From positions 15,874,001-15,938,000 of the forward strand of contig CM075990.1 of NCBI GenBank assembly GCA_038087875.1: 64,000 bases of DNA, given 5' to 3'. Made by a program: the position numbers and the translations under genes. This document shows, piece after piece, positions 51,441-64,000 of this stretch. The stretch is from Malacoraja senta. Taxonomy: Eukaryota. Under the pieces are notes generated by a model that saw only the letters and a list, made by a program, of their open reading frames with translations, had not been told where the DNA came from and ran no database searches. Within the stretch, counting starts at the first letter, position 1, and the number at the start of each line of letters is the position of its first letter.

Positions 51441-52735
51441 AATAAATAAATATATACACATATAATATATATATATATACACATAGTGTGTGTGTGTGTG
51501 TGTTTTTTTTAATGAGTTTTGGAGGTTTTGCCTTTGTGGCTGGAGGACATTGAGTTTTCCCACTGTATTAAAGCATGTAGCAGGGTGAGAGCAAGCTGGA
51601 ATTGTCAGGAGCTATTGAAGCCGGCAGCTGTGACAACATTCCCAATGATGCACACTTGCCTATTCAAACAATGCAGGGAACCACAGACCCACATCAATCA
51701 CTATGTGGGCACGACTGAAGCCATCACCCAGTACCTGGCCTTGCAGGGTTGGATGCTCTGAGCCGACCCTCTCAGCCCCTCGAGCTTGTGCCTGCCCCAA
51801 TTTCGATCTTAATTAACGCATTTGGTCCCCTTCTCCCAGTTGTAACAGAATCACCTGATGGGATAAAAACACGTAATGCTGGAAAAAAACTGCCTGCAGA
51901 ACGCTGTGCAGAGGGGTTCCAACCCAAAACATCACCTATTCCTTTTATCCAGAGATGCTGCCTGACCCGCTGAGTTACTCCAGCATTGTGTGTCTATCTT
52001 CACTGGTAAATTCAGCAGGCCTGCCAGCATCCGTGGGGAGTGAAAAAAAATGGAGTACGTATTTCAGGGCATTGATGAAAGCTCATCAACCTGAAACGCT
52101 GTCAGATCTGCTGAGTTTACAAGCACTTTGTGTGTTTTTTTCAGTTTCCCAGCAACTGCATCTCTCTGATGCACACACCGTTCCTTCAGGCCAATTTCCA
52201 AAGGTTCTCACAAGAACGTGCCAGCCTTCTTACCCCAGCAGTTTGAGCGACGAAGCATGAAACGACTACTCATTTTAACTTGATGGTGGAGAAGTCTTTT
52301 GCCTCCCAGGGAAAACATCAGGAGCCATACATCATCGTGTCACAAAGTACACACCTAACAATATAATTTGTACTGGGCCTTGGTGCCATGGTGCATCCAA
52401 ACATCAAGCACCTTTTTACACTAACCCTTACACTAGTTATCTTTTATTTTTCCCACCTCTCCCCTCTGGCAAAAGGTACAGGTGTGAAAACCACCAGATT
52501 CGGGCACACCTCCAGATTCGGGAACAGTTTCTTCCCAGCTGTTATCAGGGAACTGAATCATCCTACCACAACCAGAGAGCAGTGCTGAACTACTATAGAT
52601 ACCTCTTTGATGTCCCTTGGACTATCCTTGACCAGATTTTACTGGCTTTACCTTGCACTGAACATTTTTCCCTTAACATGTATATGTACACTGTAAATTA
52701 ATTGATTGTAATCATGTCTTTCTGTTGACTAGTTA

Positions 52736-52970
52736 AGGGCTGTCCCACTTTCACGACCTAATTCACAACCTTTTTTACTCGTGGACAATTTTAATCAAGC
52801 TAGAAAAAACGCCCCGACCTACTTGATGCCACGAGTACGTACGACTAGCATCACGGCCTGCTACGGCCAACCCACGCCCTCCTACGACCTTGTCGACCAT
52901 GCTGCGAGTATGAGTCGAGGGCAAACTCGGCAGAGGTCGTGAATTAGGTCGTGAAAGTGGGACAGGCCCT
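52736..52970. mobile_element. MITE, same subfamily as 10029-10244 but inverted (TTA TSD)
   Basis: TTA at 52733-52735 and 52971-52973. Splits the Rex-like UTR at GTTA|GCA (host element ~52455-53035). Confidence 0.9.
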
Positions 52971-53616
52971 TTAGCAGGCAACAAGAAGCATGTCACTGTA
53001 CCTCGATACACATGACTATAAACTAAACTGAACTTAACCGATTCCACCAAGACACCTCGACTCCAACGGCAATTTACACTACACAATTAACCTACCAATC
53101 TGCACATCTTTGGGATGAGGGAGGACACCGGAGCACTTTGAACAAACCCAAGTGGTCAAGGGAGAACATGCAAACTCCACACAGACAGGGCCGGAGGTCA
53201 GAATCCTACCCGACTTGCTGGAGCTAATGAGGCAGAGTCACTCCAGCACCCAGCTTCTGTTGGTACAACCAGTAAAAAAAAATAATTGCAGGCACAAAAC
53301 ACTGCAGATGCTGGAGTCGTGATCAAAACACCAAGTGCTCAAGGAACTCAGCGGGTCAGGCAGCAGGGACCCTCCTTCAGACTTTCCAGCCCGTTACTGG
53401 TCCCAAGCGTACCCGAATCCCAACCCGAAACATCATCTGTCCATTTCCCTCAGCAGATGTGGCCTGACCCGTTGAGTTCCTCCAGTACTTTGTGCTTGTA
53501 AAAATAAATTGCACTTGGCTGGAGCAGTATCTCACTCTTTGCATCTCTTGGTACAATAAACACATATGACAAGCAATAGTATTTTAAATCAACATCCCTC
53601 TTCGTGTGGAGTTGTG

Positions 53617-54048
53617 GTTCAGTTTATTGTCACGTGTACCGTGGGACAGTGAAAATCCTTTGTTGCGTGCTAATGTCAGCAGAAAGATTATACATGATTA
53701 CAATCGAGTCATTCAAAGTGTACAGATACATGATAAAGGGAATAATGGTTAGTGCAAGATAAAATCCAGTAAAGTCCGATTAAAGATAGTCCGAGGGTCT
53801 CCAGTGAGGTAGACAGTAGCTCAGGACTGCTCTCGGGCTGTTGATAGGTTCAGTTGCCCAGAAGCAGCTGGGAAGAAACTGTCCGTGAATCTGGAGGTGT
53901 GCGTTGTCACACTTCTGTACCGCTTGCCCGATGGGAGGGGGGAGAAGAGGGAGTGACCGGGGTGCGACTGGTCCTTGATTATGTTGCTGGCCTTGTGAGG
54001 CAGCGTGAAGCATAAACGGAGTCAATGGAATGGAGGTCGGTTTTTGTG
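53617..54048 (-). mobile_element. Rex1/Babar-like LINE 3' fragment
   Basis: Minus strand encodes IIKDQSHPGHSLFSPLPSGKRYRSV…TSRFTDSFFPA, the C-terminal motif typical of Rex1/Babar ORFs. Confidence 0.75.
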
Positions 54049-56937
54049 CAGTTTATGGTAACAAAATGGGGTGGGAGATTGCAACCTTCACATGGTCCAC
54101 CTTATTTCGACTAATGCAGTGAACCTGACGTGCACAAACAAATAGATGTAGTGTTTTGGGGCCTACAACTTGCACGCCATAGGCAAGAAGAAGAGGGTAA
54201 CAAAATGTGATGTGGAATGCAGAGCCCTCTTCTCAGTGTGCCAACAGGTATTTTCATCCTTTTTTCCTCAAATCTCTCTGTGGGCTCCCTTGTCCCTACC
54301 TCTAATTCCCTCCTGCCCTACGCGCAAACTATTTAGAACACTTGACCATCCTCGAATTTCATCGTGCGTCCATCAGCATTTGGCTCCTCTCCCTTGGCCA
54401 AAGGGTTGCAGTTCAAAGCTGGAATCTTCTCTACACAGGACCACGCAGCCCATCTGGAGATTTGCTATCTCGGCCACACAGCTCAAGGTCAGCACAAACA
54501 AAGGTGGGCTGAAGGGCCTGTTTCCGTGCTGTCTGACTTCGTGGCTCTAAATGCAATGGATGCAAAACAGGTACAACTACATCAATGTGGCAAACCGATG
54601 GATCTGTAAACAGTACGAAATGGGCTTTGTTGCTGGGCACACCCTAATAATCAATTGGTACATACAGGACACATGTAGGGGCACACAATACGTCTGGGTA
54701 AAGAGACTCTCCTACAGCAGATACATTTACTTCTCGATTCACACAGAGTATAAGTTTAGTGCAGGGCCTGAGGGAGACTAGTGCACTGTTATGTTTAGGC
54801 ATAAAATTAACCTACATTTTAAAAGGTATTGACTCGAGCACTATTTCCAGCTGTCATTATTCAAGAGGACATGTTCAACAGTTGCCCAGCAATGATGCAC
54901 GGAACATTGTGGTGCAGAACACATTTAATAGATAGACTCCCATGTTCCAACAAGGGAACATTAACTTTATAAGTTAAGATAATGGTCATGGCTGCAATTT
55001 CATAAGAAGCTTCTCCACAAAACAGCAGGCAGTGGACGAGAGTTATTTATTGCACTCAAGATGCTTGGATAATGGAATCATATTTGTATAAATGCAATTG
55101 TTTACTGCACTTTCAATGCAAGAGATGTTACAAGCAATGCTGTGACCTTAACCATTAATCAAATGTAATTTTAGTTCCAATTCTCTATTGCTCTTGACGG
55201 CTCAGTTTCTGAATTTGTCCCACATGAAAGGCAAGGGCAGTGGCTTTGTAACTTTGGCATATTAAACGTGGTCAGCACACCCGTGTTTAAAAGAGTTTGT
55301 TCCCCTCAGAGGGCATGCCATTGAATTGTAAAGCAGCTCTTTAAATGCACGCTCGGAGATTGCTATCTTAAAGAAATGAGAACATTAATCTGTGGCTCCA
55401 TCACAGAGTTCCTCAGGATCACGATGGCTGTGAATTACAGTAAAGACATGTTCTCCTATTCACTGTTTGTCCCCTTGTATAGTTATCTTGCAATAGCATG
55501 AAGTCCATGAGCTGGTTACTAGAAGTGGACAAATTTATGATAATTATGACATTGGATATGCTTAGTGTTTAGAAGCTAAGCAATAATGACTAAGAGAAGG
55601 ACACGTCAAGATTTACCCAATGATGCTTACAGCTGAAAATGTATTTCCACGAAGCTTTGCCTTTTAGACTGACATAGAAACATAGAAAATAGGTGCAGGA
55701 GTAGGCCATTCGGCCCTTCACCGCCATTCAATATGATCATGGCTGATCACCCAACTCAGTATCCTGTACCTGCCTTCTCTCCATACCCCATGACAATTCT
55801 CAAAGTTTACAAAATCCTGTTACATCCAGAAAAACATTGCGCATCTGCACCAGGAAGCATACAGGACATCTTTATTAAGTTACTGAAGATGGACACAAAA
55901 TGCTGGAGTAACTCAGCGGGACAGGCAGCATCTCAGGAGAGAAGGAATGAGTGATGTTTCATGATGAGACACTTCTTCAGGCACTGAAACGTCAGTCTGA
56001 AGAAGCGTCTCGACCCAAAATATCACCCATTCCTTCTCTCCAGAGATGCTGCTTGTCCCACTGAGTTACTCCAGCATTTTGTGTCTTCCTTCGATTTAAA
56101 CCAGCATCTGTAGTTCTTTCCCACACATCCCTAATGCCCCTTGGAAAGGAATATCTCCTGTTCTTTTTTCTTGCATTTTCTCAACAAATGTACATTTTCC
56201 TTCGTCTTTAGACAATTTTCTTTTGAAAGTTACATTTGATTCTGCTTCCTTCATCTTTATAGGCAGTAATTTCTCATTCTTAAATCTGAAATGTATAAAT
56301 GCTCCAGCTCATTCTTTCAAAGCCATTTAAGGCACTGGCTTTGATTCTCTCTCTCTCCTGGAGAGCTCAGAGCGATGGAACTTTGTACTTACAGCAAGCC
56401 TCCCATCTATAATAGGGACAGATTAGAGCTTTGTTGACATGGAAAACAATCTGACTTACAACACTTACAGCGCCAGAGACCCGGGTTCGATCCCGACTAC
56501 AGGTGCTGTCTGTACGGAGTTTGCACGTTCTTCCCGTGATGGGGATCGCTGGTCGATGCGGATTCGGAGGGCCGAAGGGCCTGTTTCTGTGCTGTATCTC
56601 TCAACCAAACTAAACTATGCAGAAATACTTTGAGAGGGAATGCAAGAGCAAACTCATCCATCATGGAGTCAAGAGTGTTTTGTCATATGTCGCAGATGGA
56701 ACAATTATATTCTTACTTGCTGCAGCACAACAGAATATGTAAACATAGTACACTGTAAACAATATAATGGCGCACCAATGTACCAGAGTACTTGTGCATT
56801 CAAACTGATGTGCCAACACACATTTCTTCAGTCAAAAGTAACACTGGAAGTGATAATTGGTATAATTAAGAACCCTATACAGTGAAAGAATTGTGTTAGC
56901 ACGGATTGAAGACTAGGCTGTCACATAGAAAGTGTTA

Positions 56938-57288
56938 AGGGCCTGCCCCACTTTCCCGAGTTATTCACGAATTCTCCCGAGTTTTCAAACTCGCAGAATG
57001 TTCGTAACAAGTCCGTAGGAGTCCGTGGATATATCGTAGCGGCTCGTTATGCCAGCCGTAGGCATCAGGTGAGCTGGGACGTTTTTTCAGCATGTTGAAA
57101 AATGTCCACGAGTAAAAAAATAGCCCCGAGTACCTACGGCTGGCATAACGAGCCGCTACGATATATCCACAGATTCCTACAGCCTCCTACGGACTTGTTA
57201 CAAACATTCGGCGAGTTTGAAAACTCGGGAGAATTCGTGAATAACTCAGGAGAATTCGTGAATAACTCGGGAAAGTGGAACAGGCCCT
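56938..57288. mobile_element. Fold-back MITE, PIF/Harbinger-like (TTA TSD)
   Basis: ~125-bp inverted arms. TTA at 56935-56937 and 57289-57291. Confidence 0.9.
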
Positions 57289-57504
57289 TTAGAATATATT
57301 AGGCCTTTTCAGGCTAGAGGGCTGTCACTCGTGGAGTAACCCCCCAGATCATGTCTTGGAACTAAATTGTTTACTAATTACATTAATAACCTGGAGTAAG
57401 AAATAAAATACAGGGTATCCAAGTTTGTCGATGATAGAAAAATAGGTGGAAGGGCACGTTATGATGAGAACATGTTGGTTCTGCAACAGGTTTCAGTTTT
57501 ACTT

Positions 57505-57798
57505 TTAGTTTTAGAGATATCGCATGGAAACAGGCCCTTTGGCCCACTGAGTCCATGCTGACCATTGATCACTCGTACACTAGATCGATGTTATTCCACT
57601 TTCGCATCCTACACACTAAGTGAAATTTACAGAAGCCAATTAGCCTATGAACCTGCAGGTCTTTGGAATACGAGAGGAAACCGGAGCACACGGAGAAAAC
57701 CCACGTGGTCACAGGGAGAACGTGCAAACTCTGCATGAACAGCACCTGTAGTCAGGATCGAACTGGAGTCTCAGGCGCTGTAAGGCAGCAAATTTACC
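57505..57798 (-). mobile_element. V-SINE
   Basis: V-domain, B box and tail. Confidence 0.75.
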
Positions 57799-57799
57799 G

Positions 57800-58760
57800 G
57801 ATATGGATCATTTGAGAGAATGGACAAAACCTGGCAAATGGAGTTTAATGTGAGGTTGTAGCGTGAGGTTGGGCACTTCTGTAAAGGGAATCAAAAGGGA
57901 CATTATTATCTAAATGGAGAGAGACTAATCAATGAAGTTCAGAAGGATTGAGATGTTCTTTTCTATGAATCACAAAAAGTCCAGACATAAAGTGCTGGAG
58001 TAACTCAGCAAGTCAGGCAGCATCTCTGGAGAACAGAGATAAGTGACGTTTCTAGTCAAATCATCACCTATCCATTTTCTCCAGAGTTGCTGCCTGACCT
58101 AATGAGTTACTCCAGCACTTTGTGTCTTTTTTTTGTGAACCAGCATCTGCAGTACAGGTGCCAAACGTTATGGGGAGAAGGCGGGAGAATGGGGTTAAAA
58201 GAGATAGATCAGCCATGATTGAATGGCGGAGTAGACTTGATGGGCTGAATGGCCTAATTCTGCACCTATGACCTTATGACCAGTTCCTTGTATCTACAAA
58301 AAAATAGTAGGCAGATCAAACAAATAATTAAGATGGCAAAGTGCACATTGGCATTTTTTGGAGCTTTAGAATAGGGAGGTTTGTTATGTTGTAGGGTGTT
58401 GGTGAGGCCACACCTGGAGAACTATGCACACCTTTGTTCCACTGACCTAACTCAGAATACAGTAGTATTGGAGCCAGTCCAAAGGAGATTAACTAGGATA
58501 ATCCCTGGGATGAGAGAGCTGTCCTATCAATGCAAGGAGTATTGTGGAGAAACCTGATGAACTTAGTGCCTGGATCAGTGTTTGGGACTATGCTGTTGTG
58601 GCCATTGCAGAAACATGGTTGAGAGAGGGACACGGCTGGCAACTCAATGTTCTGGGGTTTCGATGGTTCAGCCGTGATAGAGAGGGAGGCAAAAGAGGTG
58701 GAAGAGTTGTGCTACTAATCAGGAAGACTATCACGGCAGCACTCAGATAGAACATTCTGG
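57800..58760 (+). mobile_element. Decayed CR1 RT remnant followed by a CR1 APE-endonuclease N-terminal fragment
   Basis: WQMEFNV and VRPHLE remnants; from ~58528 NARSIVEKPDEL…VAIAETWL…RDREGGKRGG. Confidence 0.75.
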
Positions 58761-58771
58761 AGAGACTGTGC

Positions 58772-59345
58772 AGGAAGAAACTGCAGATGCTGGTTTACAC
58801 CGAAGATGGACACAAAATGATGGAGTCACTCAGCGGGGCAGGCTGCATCTCTGGATAGAAGGGATGGGTGACGTTTCAGGTCGAGACTATTCTTTAGACT
58901 GAGAGTCAGGGGAGTGGGAAAGGAGATATGGAAGTGTACAAAGAACATGCAAGGTGTGAAAAGAACAGATCAAAGCAGACGATAAAGGAAATCGTTCATT
59001 GTTGGATGAGGGAAAGGTGGCAATGAGGCACACAAACAGTAAAATTAATCAGGACAGTGAAACTAGTAGACCTAGGATGGGGGAGGGATGGGGAGAGAGG
59101 GAAAGCAAGGGTTACTCGAAGTTAGAGAATTCAATATTCATACCGTTGGGGTGTAAGCTGCCCAAGCGAAATATGAGGTGCTGTTCCTCCAATTTGTGCC
59201 GGGCTTCACTCTGACAGTGGAGGAGGCCCAGGACTGAAATGTCAGTGTGGGAATGGGAGGGGGAATTCAAGGGTTTAGAGATTGCGTAGGCCTAGCGGAC
59301 TGGGCGAAGTCGTTCAGCGAAACGATCGCTCAGTCTACGCGTACA
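58772..59345 (-). mobile_element. Penelope-like element 3' fragment
   Basis: Same GIY-YIG tail, UTR and terminal repeat as the other copies. Confidence 0.8.
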
Positions 59346-60638
59346 GGAGGCCAAACAAGATGTACAGGCTTGTCGGTTAATTAACTTGTCTACAGGATTT
59401 AACTAGTGTATGGATGATCATTGGCCTGTGCAGACCCGGTGGGCTGAAGGGCCTGTTTCCATGCTGCATCTCCAAACCAAACTAAACATCAAAACATACT
59501 TGTTGGCTGCAAAGCACTCCGTGAACAGCCAGAGTTCGATAAGACCAAGTGTTCTCTTCATTCGCAGTTATAATCAGCTGATAAAATAATCAGGTTAATT
59601 TTCAAATCCAGGCCAAGCTGAGAATATCAACGCAAGTGTCAAACTATTCAAGAGAGGAATCTGTCGATAAGGTAGGAGATGAGCCATGGCCTTGATGGAT
59701 TGCAGGGCATGGCAGGCAAACAGGAATGGCAGAACAGGATACATGTATCTTACTCCTCCTTACATCGTAATAAAACGTTTCCTAACAATAGGATTGTCAG
59801 ACAGTGAGGAAAGTTGAAGAGCCTTGTTGACTCAGCCAGAAACACCTCGTAGTGCAAGGCGGATAGACAATATTATCACTGCAGTCTTTGTCCACACGTG
59901 TATACAATTGAAGGGAAAGGCAGGTGACACACGAGAATCGAGGAGGTTGCTTTCAAAATAAAATTCAAGACTTGACTTCGGCCATAAGATATCTGACCGC
60001 AATATAGCAGGGAGATTTCAGCCGAGGCAAATGAGGTATATAACACCATTGAGGAATCTGCAGTTGAATCTTTATTCATGTCTTGCTCTAAACAGGTGTT
60101 TGTCACAGTCCACAGTGGGAGAATGGAACTAAAATTGTTCAGAATGGAAACAGGAATCACCTTGGCATTCTGTGTTCTGGACTTCATCCATATGCCATGC
60201 CTCTGTTCATTTAACTTGACAACAGAGAAATGGGGATTTAAAAGCACCAAGAGAGAAACATATTATACTATAACTTCAGTTCCAGAGGCGGCACTCTGAT
60301 GAAAGTTTTTTCCAAAAAGTTTTAGTTGTTCACAGGTCCTGGCGTAAAAAATATTTATCTTCCCACAGACGCGGCCTGGCCTGCTGAGTATTTTCTCCAT
60401 TTTCTGTTTATTGTTCGGGTGTGGTGTTAAGGTGCTGAAACTGAACCCCAAATAGTCAGAGATATGCACAAAAAGCTGGAGTAACTCAGCGGGTCAGACA
60501 GCATCTCTGGAGAAAAGGAATAGGTGACGTTTCGGATCGGGTCCCTTCTTTAGACGGAGAGCCAGGGGAGAGGGAGTCTAGAGATATGGAAGGATGAGGT
60601 GTGAAAACAACAGATCAAAACAGATAAGGAAATGTAGA

Positions 60639-60845
60639 TGGCACGGTGTCGTAGCAGATCTACTGCCTCGCAGCGCTAGAGACCCGGGTACAAACCTGAC
60701 TACGGGCGCTTGTCTGTACGGAGTTTGTGCGTTCTCCCCGTGACCTGCGTGGGTTTTCTCCGGGATCTTTGGTTTCCTTTCACATTCCAAAGACGTACAG
60801 GTTTGTAGGTTAATTAGCTTGGTGTAAATGTAAAAAAATTGTTGC

Positions 60846-60903
<58 letters not shown>

Positions 60904-60987
60904 GGTAGTGTTAATGTGCGAGGATCGCTGGTTGGTGCGGATCTGTTGGGCTGAAGGGATGTATCTGTGATGTATCTCTAAACTAAA
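60639..60987 (+). mobile_element. V-SINE with internal (TG)n expansion, nested in a Penelope fragment
   Basis: SINE body with (TG)n at ~60847-60900. The Penelope UTR resumes as ATGGTTCATTG after the tail. Confidence 0.8.
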
Positions 60988-63900
60988 ATGGTTCATTGTT
61001 AGCCAAGTCGAAGGTGAAAAGAAATAATCAGAGTCCCGCCCTGAAACATTACCTAACCATGCCTTCCAGAGATGCCATCTGACTCACTGAATTCCAGCAT
61101 CTGCAGTTTCTTGTGTCTACAATTGGACAGAAGCAGGAACACAAGACAAATGCCAGCCCTTGAACTAAATGATTGGCATTTAGTTCCAGAAAATGCAAGG
61201 CTGTGAACGTTCAAGTTCAAGTTCACATTTATCTGCCACATGCACAAATTGAGGTTCAGTGAAATGAGTTACCATGCAGCCATACAATCAAATAGAGCAC
61301 AACACACAACAACATTTAACATAAACATCCACCACAGTGGAATCAACATTCTTCACTGTGATGGAAGGCAATAACGTTCAGTCAGTCTTCCTCCTTGGTT
61401 CACCCGTGGTCGGGGCCATGAACCCTCCCGTAGTCGTCGCTACGGACGGCCCGATGTACAAGCCCTCTAGTCGGGATAATCCAAACCCCGACGTCGGGAC
61501 GGATCGGAACACACACACTCTGCAGCTTGGAGTTATTGATGCAATACCATCTTCAATACACGGTCTGGCACAGATTACAGTACTGGCGTAGAGAAGATAT
61601 AACCTTAAACTAGAAAGCAGAATTTGAGTCAACAAAGAAATTCCTTTGATTCAAATCCTAGTTGTACTCTAATTCCCAATAGGAATGACACATTCCATTC
61701 ATTCTTTGAAACAAATATCCATCATTTCATCAGGTGATACCTCTCTGGAATGAAAAAGAAATCCAGATCTCCAGTACATCTAATGAAGAAATTCTTTAAT
61801 TTCAAATGAGCCATAATACTGTATTCTGCTCACAAACTTGTATTCTGTGTTTTGCAACCAGAAGTCCTCTTCCAATTAGTGCTGTTCTATCCTTAATATC
61901 CAATATCATTGTTGATCCCGAACTCAACATCTCTAAACTGAAGACTCTGATAAAAAGCTTTGACCTGAAACATCATCTCTCCATTCCCTCCAGAGATGCT
62001 GCCTGACTCATTAGCATGACAAAGCACATCCATAATCTTCAGAAGAGCCTTGCGTCCAACCAAAGAATATAACATTTATTCATTTCGTGTTCTGTGTATA
62101 TTCAGTATCATTTAAATTGTACACAGGCTAAATCAGTGCCTTGACACCGAAATTATCTATTCATGCATAATTATCTGCAAAACAATCGAGGTGTAAAGAA
62201 GGAAAAGTTTGCATGAATACAGCACCTATTACGACCTTTCCGTTGCCAGAGTGTGGTGGCTCTTTGCATGTTCTTCCCAGAGGAGGATCTACGATCTTCC
62301 CATACAATGCCACAGAAGGCTGTGGAGGCCAAGTCAGTGGATATGTTTAAGGCAGAGATAGAAAGATTCTTGATTAGTACAGGTGTCAGGGGTTATGGGG
62401 AGAAGGCAGGAGAATGGGGTTAAGAGGGAAGGATAGCTCAGCCATGATTGGATGGTGGAGTAGACTTGATGGGCCGAATGGCCTAATTCTGCTCCTGGAT
62501 TTTATGGACATCTGAACATTTGCTCCACCCTCCTAAATCTATTGTCTGCCCATAAATCTACAGGTGGATAGACCTGTTGGACTTGATTTGGACTTGATTG
62601 TCGTTACGTATAATATTATCTGATCTGATAGGATAGCATGCGAAATAAAGGCTTTCACTGTACCTCCGTACACGTAACAATAAACCAAAACCTGGCCCAG
62701 ATTACGTTACAATTAATGAGGCACAATTTAAGTGGAGCAACTGCTGCAAAGCAAGGTACACGGCGACGTGGATTTACCAACAGCAACAAGGTGGCAAAGA
62801 CCATGTGGGTTTGGAAAGAGTATTTATTGAGAACACTTCATCTGCCTACGAGTGGAGATAGGACTTGTGCAAGACTCCCAATAATCTATTGTTCACCAGA
62901 TATCTGTTTTATCTGTACACTGTGGACAGCTCGAGTGTAATCATGTATTGTCTTTCTATGGTTGCACGCAAGGTTCTTCTGAAGATTAGATGTATGGGAA
63001 GGAACTGCAGATGCTGGTTTACTCCGAAGGTAGACACAAAATGCTGGAGTAACTCAGCGGGACAGACAGCATCTCTGGATGGAAGGAATGGGTGACATTT
63101 CGGGACAAAATCCTTCTTCAGACTGAGCTTCTGAAAATTATTTATGTGCTTCTCATGAAAGAAAAGTCCCCAACACAAGGAGCTTTCAATGTCTTCTGGT
63201 TGCAGAACAGAGAATGCAATGTTATGAGCAAGGTATTGATTGGGGATGATCAGCCATGATCACATTGAATGGCGGTGCTGGCTCGAAGGGCCGAATGGCC
63301 TACCCCTGCACCTATTGTCTATTGAAACAGTATATTGGCTCATTTGAAATGGAAGAATTTATTCATTACGTGTATTGGAGATCTGGATTTCTTTTTTACT
63401 CCAGTGAGTTATCACCGGATTTCATGATAGACATTTGTCTCGCTGACTGGTTAGCATGCAACGAAAGCTTGTCACTGTACCTTGGTACAGGTGACAATAA
63501 ACTAAACTCAAACTCAACATAATGTCAATTTTCTCAGATGAGATCAGAGGTATTTCTTTTGAAACACCTGCCTCTCCTGTGGGTGTGTCCGGTTCCTTGG
63601 CCCTGAATTGACGAGCAGGCACATTCACCCTGAAATATCCTGTTTATATCCTGTATCATTGTTGATCCCTCAATCACCATCTCTAAACCTCAGACTCTGA
63701 CAAAAGGTCTCAACCCAAAACGGCACCTCTTCATTTCCTCCACGGATGCTGCCCGACCCGCTGAGGTGCCCCCAGCGCTTTGTGCTTGGCTTCAGATTGA
63801 GCGGCACATCAATGGTTCAGCTGCTGTACTGGTGCCAGTTCTCTTTCTGCAGATTCCGCTGGAAGAAACCAGTTTCGCAAAGCAACTATTGTAGAAGTGC

Positions 63901-64000
63901 TCGCTGCTGGTATTGTCATCCAAATGCACTGACTGCAATTTGACAGAATGATTGCCAAAGGCTTATTTACAAAAGCAGATTGATAAACATCAACAGGTGG

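Noticed and set aside
54100..55650. Repeat-poor upstream stretch as an enhancer or gene
   Set aside because: No recognisable coding or motif evidence; it needs cross-species alignment.

Overview
This is eukaryotic vertebrate DNA, not prokaryotic; the repeat families point to a cartilaginous fish, probably a skate or ray (inference). The only host coding sequence I can support is the first coding exon (47809-48048, minus strand) of a Slo1/BK-type Ca-activated K+ channel alpha subunit (KCNMA1 or a close paralog). It lies in a CpG/GC-rich 5' region. Bases 1-47808 appear to be its first intron (I found no exon 2), and ~48.3-64 kb is upstream sequence. The rest is a dense, nested transposon landscape: tRNA-derived V-SINEs (HE1-like), CR1 LINE 3' ends, Rex/Babar-like 3' ends, an L1-like insertion with a 17-bp TSD, Penelope-like (GIY-YIG) fragments, TWA-target Harbinger-like MITEs and an 8-bp-TSD hAT-like element. 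Nearly all ORFs in the supplied track are spurious or transposon-derived. The points most worth checking are: (1) a hammerhead-ribozyme core in the high-copy Penelope terminal repeat, often arranged as fold-back pairs; (2) a strong-context uORF that overlaps or abuts the channel start codons; (3) the divergent N-terminus of the channel; (4) a modular MITE clan with shared ends and a shared core. Repeat boundaries are approximate unless a TSD is quoted. I see no clearly new biological system.
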